A stretch of 13,547 nucleotides of DNA from contig JAQVHL010000059.1 in the NCBI GenBank assembly GCA_028696185.1, forward strand, positions 1 to 13,547, given 5' to 3'. Below, piece after piece: positions 1-7,953 of this stretch. The DNA comes from Halothiobacillaceae bacterium. GTDB taxonomy: Bacteria > Pseudomonadota > Gammaproteobacteria > Halothiobacillales > Halothiobacillaceae. A program made the translations under genes and the position numbers. The notes under the pieces were generated by a model. It worked only from the letters and a program-made list of their open reading frames with translations, had not been told where the DNA came from and did no database searches. Numbering within the stretch: the first letter of the stretch is position 1; each line of letters opens with the position of its first letter.

Positions 1-298
1 TGTACAACCATCAATTGCCTCAGTCAGCTCTTAAAAGCAAAACGCCTATGCAGGCCATGAAAGACTGGTATGCTTCACATCCTCAGCTATTCCACCGAAG
101 ACCGTACAATCGTCCGGGATGCGACAACTATCAACAGACGCTCCCTGACAATCAACGCAACCCCAAACTGCCTATAGATTTGGGCACATCAACCACCACC
201 AATCTGGACAAGGCGGCACTACGGGTGCGTAGGGGTGTGATGGGGACATGCCCCCTGCTCGTCGTGGCCGCCACGCAGGCCACATGGAATGGACAACC

Positions 299-1156
299 CT
301 ATTCCCCCTGAAACAAATCGAGGGTTTGCGGATTTCGTCCGCGCGGACGCATGGACGCCCCCGCCGAACTGAGCAGCGAGCGAATGCGCTGTATCGAGTA
401 GCCCGTTTCGTCTGCAAGTTGCCGCACGCTGAACCCCATCTCGTAGCGCACTCGCAGCTCTTGGCCAATGGCATCCGCCCGCGCCTGATTGAGATGCTCA
501 TTGGGAAGCAGGGGGGGCAAGATCGCCCCGCCTTCATACCCCTTGTGCACCGCACCACGCGGGGTGACGTCATCCGAAGATTCATCGCCCCACGCCGTCC
601 AGCCTGGGCGCGCATGCCGAGCGAACAGTTCGAGATAGGCCCCTGGCGAGCAGGATTCAATCAGATCGTACTGCTCATCCGGCTTGCGCGAATGCTCGCG
701 CTTGCGCGTTTCGATCATGTTCACCTGAGACCGCCCCGGCGCGAGTGTGCGCATGGAGCCTCGAACGCCGAACAGGAGCAGTTCGGTGACGTTCCGAAAA
801 TAAAAACCCACGCCGCGGCCGTCCGGGCCGCCATCCTTGCGCCGCTTAGCCCAGACGATGTTGGAAACGTAGCGGAATCCCCAGGCCGTCATGACATCCA
901 GCCCGTCTGGCAGCAACGCATTGGGCACCCACAGGTAAAGGTGTGCATTGGGTGCCACAACGCTTTGGACATCCATCGCCTTGATGGCATCCAGGGACAT
1001 CGTCGAATAGCGATCCAGCCTGCGATGCTCGGGCGCAACCTTGCCGGTTCGATTGGCAAATCGCCACGGGGGATCGGCAAGAACGGTAGAAAAGCCTCCT
1101 GCCGTTCTTGGCAAAGGAGGGGCTTCTTTTTCTTCGCGTAAGGGGCTTCTTTCCAT
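299..1156 (-). CDS. MT-A70 family N6-adenine DNA methyltransferase with C-terminal HTH-like tail. No restriction enzyme partner is visible in the window, so it is a probable orphan or accessory MTase.
   Basis: The translation contains the catalytic DPPW motif near the N-terminus (VLADPPWRF), followed by a Gly-rich SAM-binding-like segment (ELLLFGVRG). This is the MT-A70/Ime4-type permuted amino-MTase pattern. The C-terminal roughly 50 aa (GFSVRQLADETGYSIQRIRSLL) resembles a sigma70-region-4-like helix-turn-helix. The in-frame ATG at 1154-1156 is preferred over the upstream GTG at 1165. Stop TAG at 299-301. The gene sits in a locally lower-GC context. Confidence 0.8.
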   Translation of the reverse strand: MERSPLREEKEAPPLPRTAGGFSTVLADPPWRFANRTGKVAPEHRRLDRYSTMSLDAIKAMDVQSVVAPNAHLYLWVPNALLPDGLDVMTAWGFRYVSNIVWAKRRKDGGPDGRGVGFYFRNVTELLLFGVRGSMRTLAPGRSQVNMIETRKREHSRKPDEQYDLIESCSPGAYLELFARHARPGWTAWGDESSDDVTPRGAVHKGYEGGAILPPLLPNEHLNQARADAIGQELRVRYEMGFSVRQLADETGYSIQRIRSLLSSAGASMRPRGRNPQTLDLFQGE

Positions 1157-1175
1157 GATACGCACCCTACATCAA

Positions 1176-1199
1176 ATAAAGATCTTTATAAAGATCTTT
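1176..1199. repeat. Tandem 2x 12-bp direct repeat ATAAAGATCTTT. Each copy contains the 10-bp palindrome AAAGATCTTT with a central GATC. Candidate operator or methylation-sensitive site in the MTase/transporter divergent promoter region.
   Basis: Read directly from the sequence: 1176-1187 equals 1188-1199. It is AT-rich in a GC-rich genome and lies 20 bp upstream of the MTase start codon. Confidence 0.6.
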
Positions 1200-1347
1200 T
1201 TGTTCCGACCTGCAAGAGAACTCTTTTCAGCCTGACTCATGCCCCCTGCGGCTCTGCGGCTGGAAAAGCCCTGGAATCCGCCGCATCATCCACGCATTAT
1301 CGAAACCCTGTAAAAACCATCGATCCCTCACCACAAGGAAAACCGTC

Positions 1348-2394
1348 TTGAGCTCGCCTCGCCTTTGCCTGCCCGCGTCGCTGGATGCCACGCCCTGGAT
1401 GCCCTGGATGGCCTTCGCGCTGATTATCCTGGCGGTTTTTTTCGTCGTTGGGGAGCACTTGTTGCCGGCGCTTCTGGCGGGCTTGCTGATGCATCAGATG
1501 GTGCATCTCATCGCGCGGCGTTTGATCAGTCCGGTGCTGTCCTCGCACTACGCGCGGGTGACGGCCGTTTTCCTGGTGTCTTCGCTGGTTCTGGCGGCCC
1601 TGACTCTGGGCGGTCTGGCCATTCTGCATTTCCTGCATGGCAGCGGGCAGGAGGGGGTGGAGGGGTTGATGAATCAGATGGCCCGCATCCTGGCGGATAC
1701 CAAGGCGGCGTTGCCGGGTTGGGCTGTGCAGTGGCTGCCGCCGGATGCGGAAACCTTGCGTGACAAGGCGGTGCAGTGGTTGAGCGCGCATGCGGCCGAT
1801 GTCGGCTCGGCGGGCGGGGCAGTTGGTTTCGGGCTGATCCACATGGTGATCGGGTTGATTATCGGGGCGATGGTTTCCTTGCACAGCGAGGCCCAGGACC
1901 CGCAACAGGCGGGGCCGCTGGCGCGAGCCCTGCTGGATGAGATCCGCGCCTTCAGCGCGGCCTTCGGCCGCATCGTTTCCGCGCAGGCGTGGATTTCCAC
2001 CGTCAATACCTCGTTGACGGCGATTTATCTGCTGGTGGTTCTGCCGCTGGCCGGTGTGCAATTGCCGCTGGTGAAGACGATGGTGCTGGTGACCTTTGTC
2101 ATGGGATTCATACCGATCGTCGGCAATCTGGTCAGCAATACCGTCATTACGGTGATCAGCCTGTCCCACTCGTTCAGTGTGGCGGTGGCTTCCCTGAGCT
2201 TCCTGGTCGTGATTCACAAGGTGGAGTATTTCCTCAACGCGCGGATTGTCGGCGGTCATATCCGCGCCAGAGCCTGGGAAATACTGATTGCCATGCTGGC
2301 GATGGAGCGTATCGCGGGCATTCCGGGGCTGATTGTCAGTCCGATTTTGTATGCGTATCTGAAGGATGGCTTGAAGAAGCGGGGGCTGGTGTAA
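1348..2394 (+). CDS. AI-2E family transporter (PerM/YdiK/TqsA-like, UPF0118)
   Basis: The protein is about 350 aa and multi-pass hydrophobic, with the characteristic C-terminal-half motif GFIPIVGNLVSNTVI and the overall AI-2E architecture. The TTG start at 1348 is preceded by AAGGAAAA (1334-1341). Alternative in-frame ATGs at 1399 and 1408 would shorten the N-terminus. Stop TAA at 2392-2394. Confidence 0.8.
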   Translation: MSSPRLCLPASLDATPWMPWMAFALIILAVFFVVGEHLLPALLAGLLMHQMVHLIARRLISPVLSSHYARVTAVFLVSSLVLAALTLGGLAILHFLHGSGQEGVEGLMNQMARILADTKAALPGWAVQWLPPDAETLRDKAVQWLSAHAADVGSAGGAVGFGLIHMVIGLIIGAMVSLHSEAQDPQQAGPLARALLDEIRAFSAAFGRIVSAQAWISTVNTSLTAIYLLVVLPLAGVQLPLVKTMVLVTFVMGFIPIVGNLVSNTVITVISLSHSFSVAVASLSFLVVIHKVEYFLNARIVGGHIRARAWEILIAMLAMERIAGIPGLIVSPILYAYLKDGLKKRGLV

Positions 2395-2457
2395 GAGATA
2401 TTGAAATGCGTGTTTTCAACATCCAGGTAAGCGCCCGCTTTTCTGCTGTCCGAGGGT

Positions 2458-4422
2458 TTACGGCCGCGTCTTGTAAAACCTAAGCGGTACGGTCTGCGCC
2501 TCGTGGGCGCGGGCCTGGACGACGCCGCGCTTGAGCTTGCCGACCACATGCATCTCGCAGGGCTTGCAGTCGAACGTAAGCTTGAGCTTTTCGCTGCCAT
2601 TCATGAGCCAGAGCGGCTCGGCCTTGATGGTGCCGTGCACGCCGGTCACGCCGCGCGTCTGCTTGGGGCAGAGGCTCAGGCTGTAACGCACGCAATGCTT
2701 GGTAATCATCAGGCTGACTTCGCCTTCCTCCTCATGCGCTTCAAAGGCGGCCTCTATCAGCTTCACGCCGTGCCGGGCGTAGAAATCGCGCGCCTTGTGG
2801 TTGAACACGTTGGCGAGATAGCTCAGATGCTCTTGCGGGTAAGGCACGGGCGGATGAGCCGGCACGGCGCGTGGCAGGCGTTGCAGGGCGGCCTTGCGCA
2901 TCGCTTCCAGTGCTTCGATACCTTCGCGACGGAGCTGGTTGACGAGGGAGGCGGGCACGAACCAGGGCTGACCGAGATCAAGCACGATCTCCACCGCATC
3001 AAAGAGGGTCGTCCCAAGTTTGCCCAGGTTCTCACGCAGGGAGCTTTCCGCGCGGGCGGCGTCCCTGGCGGGTTCCTTGTTGATGGCGAGCGTTGCTGTT
3101 GCGGTATGACCGTCTTCGTCGGTCAGGTCCAGGGCGAGGCCGTCGGCGGTATCGAACAGCCGCATCCACACACCGATGCGGCGCTCGGCGGATTTCCTGT
3201 CCAGCCCGCGCACCCAGCTCATGTCGCGGTTGCGGTTGATCTCGGTGCCTGCGCGCAGGTGGCGCAGTTCCGCGATGGGGTCTTTCGGGACCACGCGCCA
3301 GCGACCCACGCCATTCGAGGGGCCGAGCTTCTCGGCGGTATTGATCGCCATGCCGACCAGTTCCCTGTGCAGGTCGAAGTAGCACAGGCCGTCGCCGTTA
3401 TTGAGCAGCGTATCGGCGCCGGTTTCGATATCGACCGAGTCTTTATTGATCTTCACCACCCAGCCAATCGGTCGACCGGGGTTCTTGGGCGAGTCGAACG
3501 CGCCGATGTCTTCCTTGCGGCCCTGCACGAAGTAGTCGGTCGCGTCGCGGTTGAAGTTCTGCACCGGGTCCGGCGTGAAGCTGAAGCGGCTGCGCCCGCT
3601 GGAGGCGCGGGCGAGTTCCGGGCGACCTTCGAGGATGCCATCCAGCAGGCGGCGGTAATGGGCGGTGATGTTCTTCACGTAGCCCATGTCCTTGTAGCGG
3701 CCTTCGATCTTGAAGCTCTGGATGCCCGCGTCGATCAGGACGGCGAGGTTCGCGCTCTGGTCGTTGTCCTTCATCGACAGCACGTGCTTGTCGTGCGCGA
3801 CGATGCGGCCCTGCGCATCCGTCACCTGGTAGGGCAGGCGGCATGCCTGGTTGCATTCGCCCCGGTTGGCGCTGCGCCCGGTATGCGCCTCGGAGATGTA
3901 GCACTGGCCGGAATAGGCCACGCACAGCGCGCCGTGGATGAAAAATTCCAAGGGCACGGAGGTGGCGGCGCGGATGGCTTGAATTTGCGTCAGATCGAGC
4001 TCACGCGCGAGCACCAGTTGCGACAAGCCCGCATCCTGCAGGAAGCGCGCCTTCTCCGGGGTGCGGATGTCGCACTGGGTGCTGGCATGCAGCTGGATGG
4101 GCGGAAGGTCCAGCTCCAGCAGGCCCATGTCCTGGATGATGAGCGAGTCCACGCCCGCATCGTAGAGCTGGTGCGCCAGCTTGCGCGCCGGTTCCAGCTC
4201 GTCGTCGCGCAGGATGGTGTTGAGCGTGACATGGATGCGCGCGTGGAAACGGTGCGCATAGTCGACCAGCCGGGCGATGTCGGCCACGTCGTTGTCCGCC
4301 GCCTTGCGCGCGCCGAAGCCGGGACCGCCGATATAGACCGCGTCCGCGCCGTGGTTGATGGCCTCGATGCCGATATCCGCATCGCGCGCCGGGGCGAGGA
4401 GTTCGAGTTGATGGGCTTGCAT
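2458..4422 (-). CDS. rlhA: U32 family peptidase-like protein, long form (RlhA/YdcP-like putative rRNA C-hydroxylation factor)
   Basis: The 654-aa product carries the U32 signature E-x-F-x-H-G-A-L-C-x-A-Y-S-G-x-C (EFFIHGALCVAYSGQCYISE). The length matches the about 650-aa YdcP/RlhA subgroup rather than the about 450-aa YegQ/TrhP subgroup. ATG at 4420-4422, TAA at 2458-2460. The symbol is assigned on length and family only. Confidence 0.8.
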   Translation of the reverse strand: MQAHQLELLAPARDADIGIEAINHGADAVYIGGPGFGARKAADNDVADIARLVDYAHRFHARIHVTLNTILRDDELEPARKLAHQLYDAGVDSLIIQDMGLLELDLPPIQLHASTQCDIRTPEKARFLQDAGLSQLVLARELDLTQIQAIRAATSVPLEFFIHGALCVAYSGQCYISEAHTGRSANRGECNQACRLPYQVTDAQGRIVAHDKHVLSMKDNDQSANLAVLIDAGIQSFKIEGRYKDMGYVKNITAHYRRLLDGILEGRPELARASSGRSRFSFTPDPVQNFNRDATDYFVQGRKEDIGAFDSPKNPGRPIGWVVKINKDSVDIETGADTLLNNGDGLCYFDLHRELVGMAINTAEKLGPSNGVGRWRVVPKDPIAELRHLRAGTEINRNRDMSWVRGLDRKSAERRIGVWMRLFDTADGLALDLTDEDGHTATATLAINKEPARDAARAESSLRENLGKLGTTLFDAVEIVLDLGQPWFVPASLVNQLRREGIEALEAMRKAALQRLPRAVPAHPPVPYPQEHLSYLANVFNHKARDFYARHGVKLIEAAFEAHEEEGEVSLMITKHCVRYSLSLCPKQTRGVTGVHGTIKAEPLWLMNGSEKLKLTFDCKPCEMHVVGKLKRGVVQARAHEAQTVPLRFYKTRP

Positions 4423-4526
4423 GGGAAGAAGGGCAGGGGGAGGCGAAAGCTGCGATTGTAGCAGAGCGCCCCCAGGGGAAAGGTGCCGCGTTGCCTGGAT
4501 GTGTGGCAGGCGCTTGAAAAGGGCTT

Positions 4527-6140
<1,614 letters not shown>

Positions 6141-6156
6141 GTCTGCTTATCCTGAA

Positions 6157-6176
6157 AGATAAATATAGATAAATAA
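6157..6176. repeat. Tandem AT-rich 10-mer repeat (AGATAAATAT / AGATAAATAA) immediately upstream of the rtcR start
   Basis: Seen directly in the sequence. It lies within a 120-bp AT-rich island separating rtcR from the sigma54 promoter. Confidence 0.4.
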
Positions 6177-6240
6177 TTCTAGTCCATTTCCAGTCGCAGA
6201 GAGATCATCGTCCACACCTGATGCTTTTATACTTCTTTTA

Positions 6241-6253
6241 TATCAATGGCTTA
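6241..6253 (+). promoter_or_regulatory. Candidate IHF binding site (TATCAATGGCTTA, matching WATCAANNNNTTR) upstream of the sigma54 promoter
   Basis: Perfect match to the IHF core consensus, located about 30 bp upstream of the -24 element. The AT-rich flanks are typical of DNA-bending sites at sigma54 promoters. Confidence 0.4.
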
Positions 6254-6281
6254 TTGATTTGCATCGGGGCGTTGGCGGTGC

Positions 6282-6296
6282 TGGCACGCTCCTCGC
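6282..6296 (+). promoter_or_regulatory. Sigma54 (RpoN) -24/-12 promoter for the rtc operon: TGGCACG-CTCC-TCGC
   Basis: Matches TGGCACG-N4-TTGC at all positions but one (TCGC for TTGC) with correct spacing. It is oriented toward the SPFH-rtcB-rtcA genes and is divergent from the sigma54 activator gene rtcR, the organisation known from E. coli and Salmonella rtc loci. Confidence 0.65.
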
Positions 6297-6422
6297 CAAT
6301 ACCTTCCTGATCGCGAAAGAGCGCAAAGGCCTTCGGGTCGGGGGTCTTCCCCCACCGGTGCGCACGCCCCGGAGGATATTTCCGGTCGGATGTGTGTATG
6401 CCGCCGCGCGTTCACGTGATCT

Positions 6423-6470
6423 TCGCGAGTCCATGGGGATTTTCCGGGTTCGACTCCCGGCTCGCGGCCA
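6423..6470 (+). ncRNA. tRNA-like minihelix: a 7-bp acceptor stem (UCGCGAG/CUCGCGG, U1-G72 wobble) plus a canonical T-arm (CCGGG-UUCGACU-CCCGG), ending in an encoded CCA. It has no D arm or anticodon arm.
   Basis: Read directly from the sequence. T-loop TTCGACT matches the T-Psi-C-R-A consensus. A 14-nt linker (UCCAUGGGGAUUUU) replaces the D and anticodon arms. CCA at 6468-6470 immediately follows the 3' acceptor strand. It shares the 14-mer GGGTTCGACTCCCG and a CCATGGG(G)AT motif with the adjacent element. Confidence 0.45.
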
Positions 6471-6539
6471 TGGGATAGCTCAGTGGGTAGAGCAGCCGTT
6501 GACCACGGCCGGTCGCGGGTTCGACTCCCGCTCCAAGCT
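6469..6539 (+). ncRNA. tRNA-like element or pseudo-tRNA. The D arm, T arm and 5-nt variable loop are canonical, but the acceptor stem is disrupted (4 of 7 pairs) and the anticodon loop is shortened.
   Basis: The arms read: U8A9; GCTC-AGTGGGTA-GAGC; A26; GCCGT-TGACC-ACGGC (5-bp stem with 5-nt loop; the alternative is a 4-bp stem with a 7-nt loop TTGACCA, anticodon GAC); variable loop CGGTC; GCGGG-TTCGACT-CCCGC; 3' strand TCCAAGC. The 5' strand CATGGGA pairs with only 4 of its 7 positions. It is not a canonical decodable tRNA. It lies on the same strand as the rtc operon and downstream of it. Confidence 0.5.
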
Positions 6540-6603
6540 TGTCTGCCTTGCGGACAGATTGACGTTGATACTTGCCGGTACGTGGCGTGCGCGAGCACCC
6601 GCC

Positions 6604-6618
6604 GCCGGTCTGACCGGC
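6604..6618. promoter_or_regulatory. 15-bp perfect palindrome GCCGGTC-T-GACCGGC in the rtc leader, a candidate protein-binding site
   Basis: Seen in the sequence. The 1-nt spacer makes an RNA hairpin unlikely, which favours a dimeric DNA-binding site. A 6-bp/3-nt-loop hairpin CCTTGC-GTG-GCAAGG follows at 6629-6643. Confidence 0.3.
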
Positions 6619-6782
6619 TCCCGGGCCACCTTGCGTGGCAAGGGAGGGGGCGGCAGCGGCATGCACCGATCCAGGCGATGGGTGTATGCGTGCTACGCCG
6701 TTCTCTGCCTCCCCGCGTCAGGCGCCTGGGTGGTCCGTCGGACGGGCGTTGGCCGGCAAGGCTTATTACAAGGAGAAGCACG

Positions 6783-7928
6783 ATGCTCAAGCGTTTCATC
6801 GTGAAGAAAAACGAACGTGGTGCCCTGATGCGGGATGGCGATTTCGAACGCCTGCTCGACGCCGGGCGGCATTATTTCTGGGATCCGCTGGGTCGCCTGT
6901 CGCTGGTGACCTGGAAACTGGACGCACCGATGGATGCGACCGATATTGTCGAGTACCTGCGCCGTCATGCTCCTGCGCTTGCCGAGCGTAGTTTCGAGTG
7001 CATGATCCTGGGCGAGGATGAAGCCGGGTTGCGATTTGAAAACGACATCCTGGTGGAGATTCTTGCGCCCGGAACGCGGCGCTTCTACTGGAAAGGGCTG
7101 GTGGCACACCGGCTGGAGCGGGTCGATCTGCGTGAGGACTGTCGCGTGGCTGCGCCCACGCTTGCACACTTGATACAGCCTGATCTGCGTGGGCGAGCGC
7201 TTGCGGGGTTGTCCGGCGTGCTGCTTGCACAGGTGCCGCCACACCATGTGGGTATTCTGCGTATCGATGGCAAGGAGCAGGGGCTGCTTGAACCGGGCAT
7301 GGCCGCGTTCTGGCGCTTCAACCGCGACGTGCAACTGGAGCGGGTCGATACCCGCCTGCAAGCGATGGAGGTCAGTGGGCAGGAAATCCTGACGCGCGAC
7401 AAGGTGAGCCTGCGCCTGAATCTGGCCGCCACCTGGCGTTATGCCGATGTGCGTGTCGCCCATGCCCGTCTGGCGCGACCGGTGGAGTATCTCTACCGCG
7501 AGTTGCAGTTTGGTTTGCGTTCGGCGGTCGGTACGCGCCATCTCGATGAACTGCTGGAAAACAAGCAGATCATCGATGGAGGCGTGATCCAGCATGTACG
7601 CGCCCGCTTGGAAGGCTTCGGGATCGAGATCGAGAGCCTGGGGGTGAAGGACATCATCCTGCCGGGGGAGATGAAGACCCTGCTGGCCCAGGTGGTCGAG
7701 GCCGAGAAATCCGCCCAGGCCAATGTGATCCGCCGCCGTGAGGAAACGGCCGCCACCCGCTCGCTGCTCAACACGGCGAAGGTCATGGAAGACAACCCCG
7801 TGGCCTTGCGGCTCAAGGAGCTGGAAACCCTGGAGCGAGTGGCCGAGCGGATCGACAGGATCTCGGTTTTTGGCGGACTGGATCAGGTTCTGGACGGATT
7901 GGTGAGCTTGCGCCCGAGCGGTGCATGA
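6783..7928 (+). CDS. SPFH/band-7 (slipin/stomatin-like) domain protein encoded inside the rtc operon
   Basis: The N-terminus MLKRFIVKKNERGALMRDGDFERLL is typical of bacterial slipin-family proteins. The C-terminal half has the SPFH coiled-coil region (KDIILPGEMKTLLAQVVEAEKSAQANVIRRREETAATRSLLNTAKV). AAGGAG RBS at 6771-6776, 6 nt before the ATG at 6783. The stop TGA at 7926-7928 is 25 nt before the rtcB start. Confidence 0.85.
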   Translation: MLKRFIVKKNERGALMRDGDFERLLDAGRHYFWDPLGRLSLVTWKLDAPMDATDIVEYLRRHAPALAERSFECMILGEDEAGLRFENDILVEILAPGTRRFYWKGLVAHRLERVDLREDCRVAAPTLAHLIQPDLRGRALAGLSGVLLAQVPPHHVGILRIDGKEQGLLEPGMAAFWRFNRDVQLERVDTRLQAMEVSGQEILTRDKVSLRLNLAATWRYADVRVAHARLARPVEYLYRELQFGLRSAVGTRHLDELLENKQIIDGGVIQHVRARLEGFGIEIESLGVKDIILPGEMKTLLAQVVEAEKSAQANVIRRREETAATRSLLNTAKVMEDNPVALRLKELETLERVAERIDRISVFGGLDQVLDGLVSLRPSGA

Positions 7929-7953
7929 CGAGTACACACGAGGAAGAATGAAA

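Noticed and set aside
1-6. TGTACA hexamer at the very start of the window, identical to the yefM-yoeB operator core
   Set aside because: It is a single hexamer with no partner half-site or TA genes nearby, so chance occurrence is expected.
15-311. 98-aa + strand ORF at the window start
   Set aside because: No recognisable domain and no SD sequence. It lies in a compositionally atypical, probably non-coding segment and runs into the 3' end of the MTase gene.
1176-1199. Tandem 12-bp repeats considered as a CRISPR fragment
   Set aside because: There are only two directly abutting copies with no spacers and no cas genes. It is a regulatory palindrome, not a CRISPR array.
2401-2445. Possible terminator downstream of the AI-2E transporter gene (TTGAAA-TGCGTGT-TTTCAA, then GCGCCCGCTTTTCTGC)
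   Set aside because: The first stem is entirely A/T and weak. The second has only a 3-4 bp stem before the T-run. Neither is convincing without 3'-end data.
2503-4461. 652-aa ORF on the + strand fully antisense to the U32 gene, plus similar long antisense ORFs: 248-1141 (+), 1297-2259 (-), 5142-6155 (+), 6693-8072 (-), 7813-9138 (-), 9059-10144 (-), 11015-12025 (+), 12053-13102 (+)
   Set aside because: Each lies opposite a gene whose product has clear family signatures. Their translations are Arg/Ala/Gly/Pro-rich low-complexity strings typical of stop-codon-poor antisense frames in high-GC DNA, and none has a recognisable motif or RBS.
6390-6419. 9-codon upstream ORF (MCVCRRAFT) in the rtc leader, preceded by GGAGGA at 6371-6376
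   Set aside because: The 13-nt SD-to-ATG spacing is too long. A peptide this small has no support, and the GGAGGA more likely belongs to leader RNA structure.
6469-6539. Calling the cloverleaf-like element a bona fide tRNA gene (for example tRNA-Val, anticodon GAC)
   Set aside because: Only 4 of 7 acceptor-stem pairs form (C1-C72, A2-G71 and G4-A69 are mismatched), and position 1 is C. The anticodon arm folds as a 5-bp stem with a 5-nt loop, or needs an A-C mismatch and a pyrimidine at position 37. There is no discriminator or CCA context. It is therefore kept as tRNA-like or pseudo.
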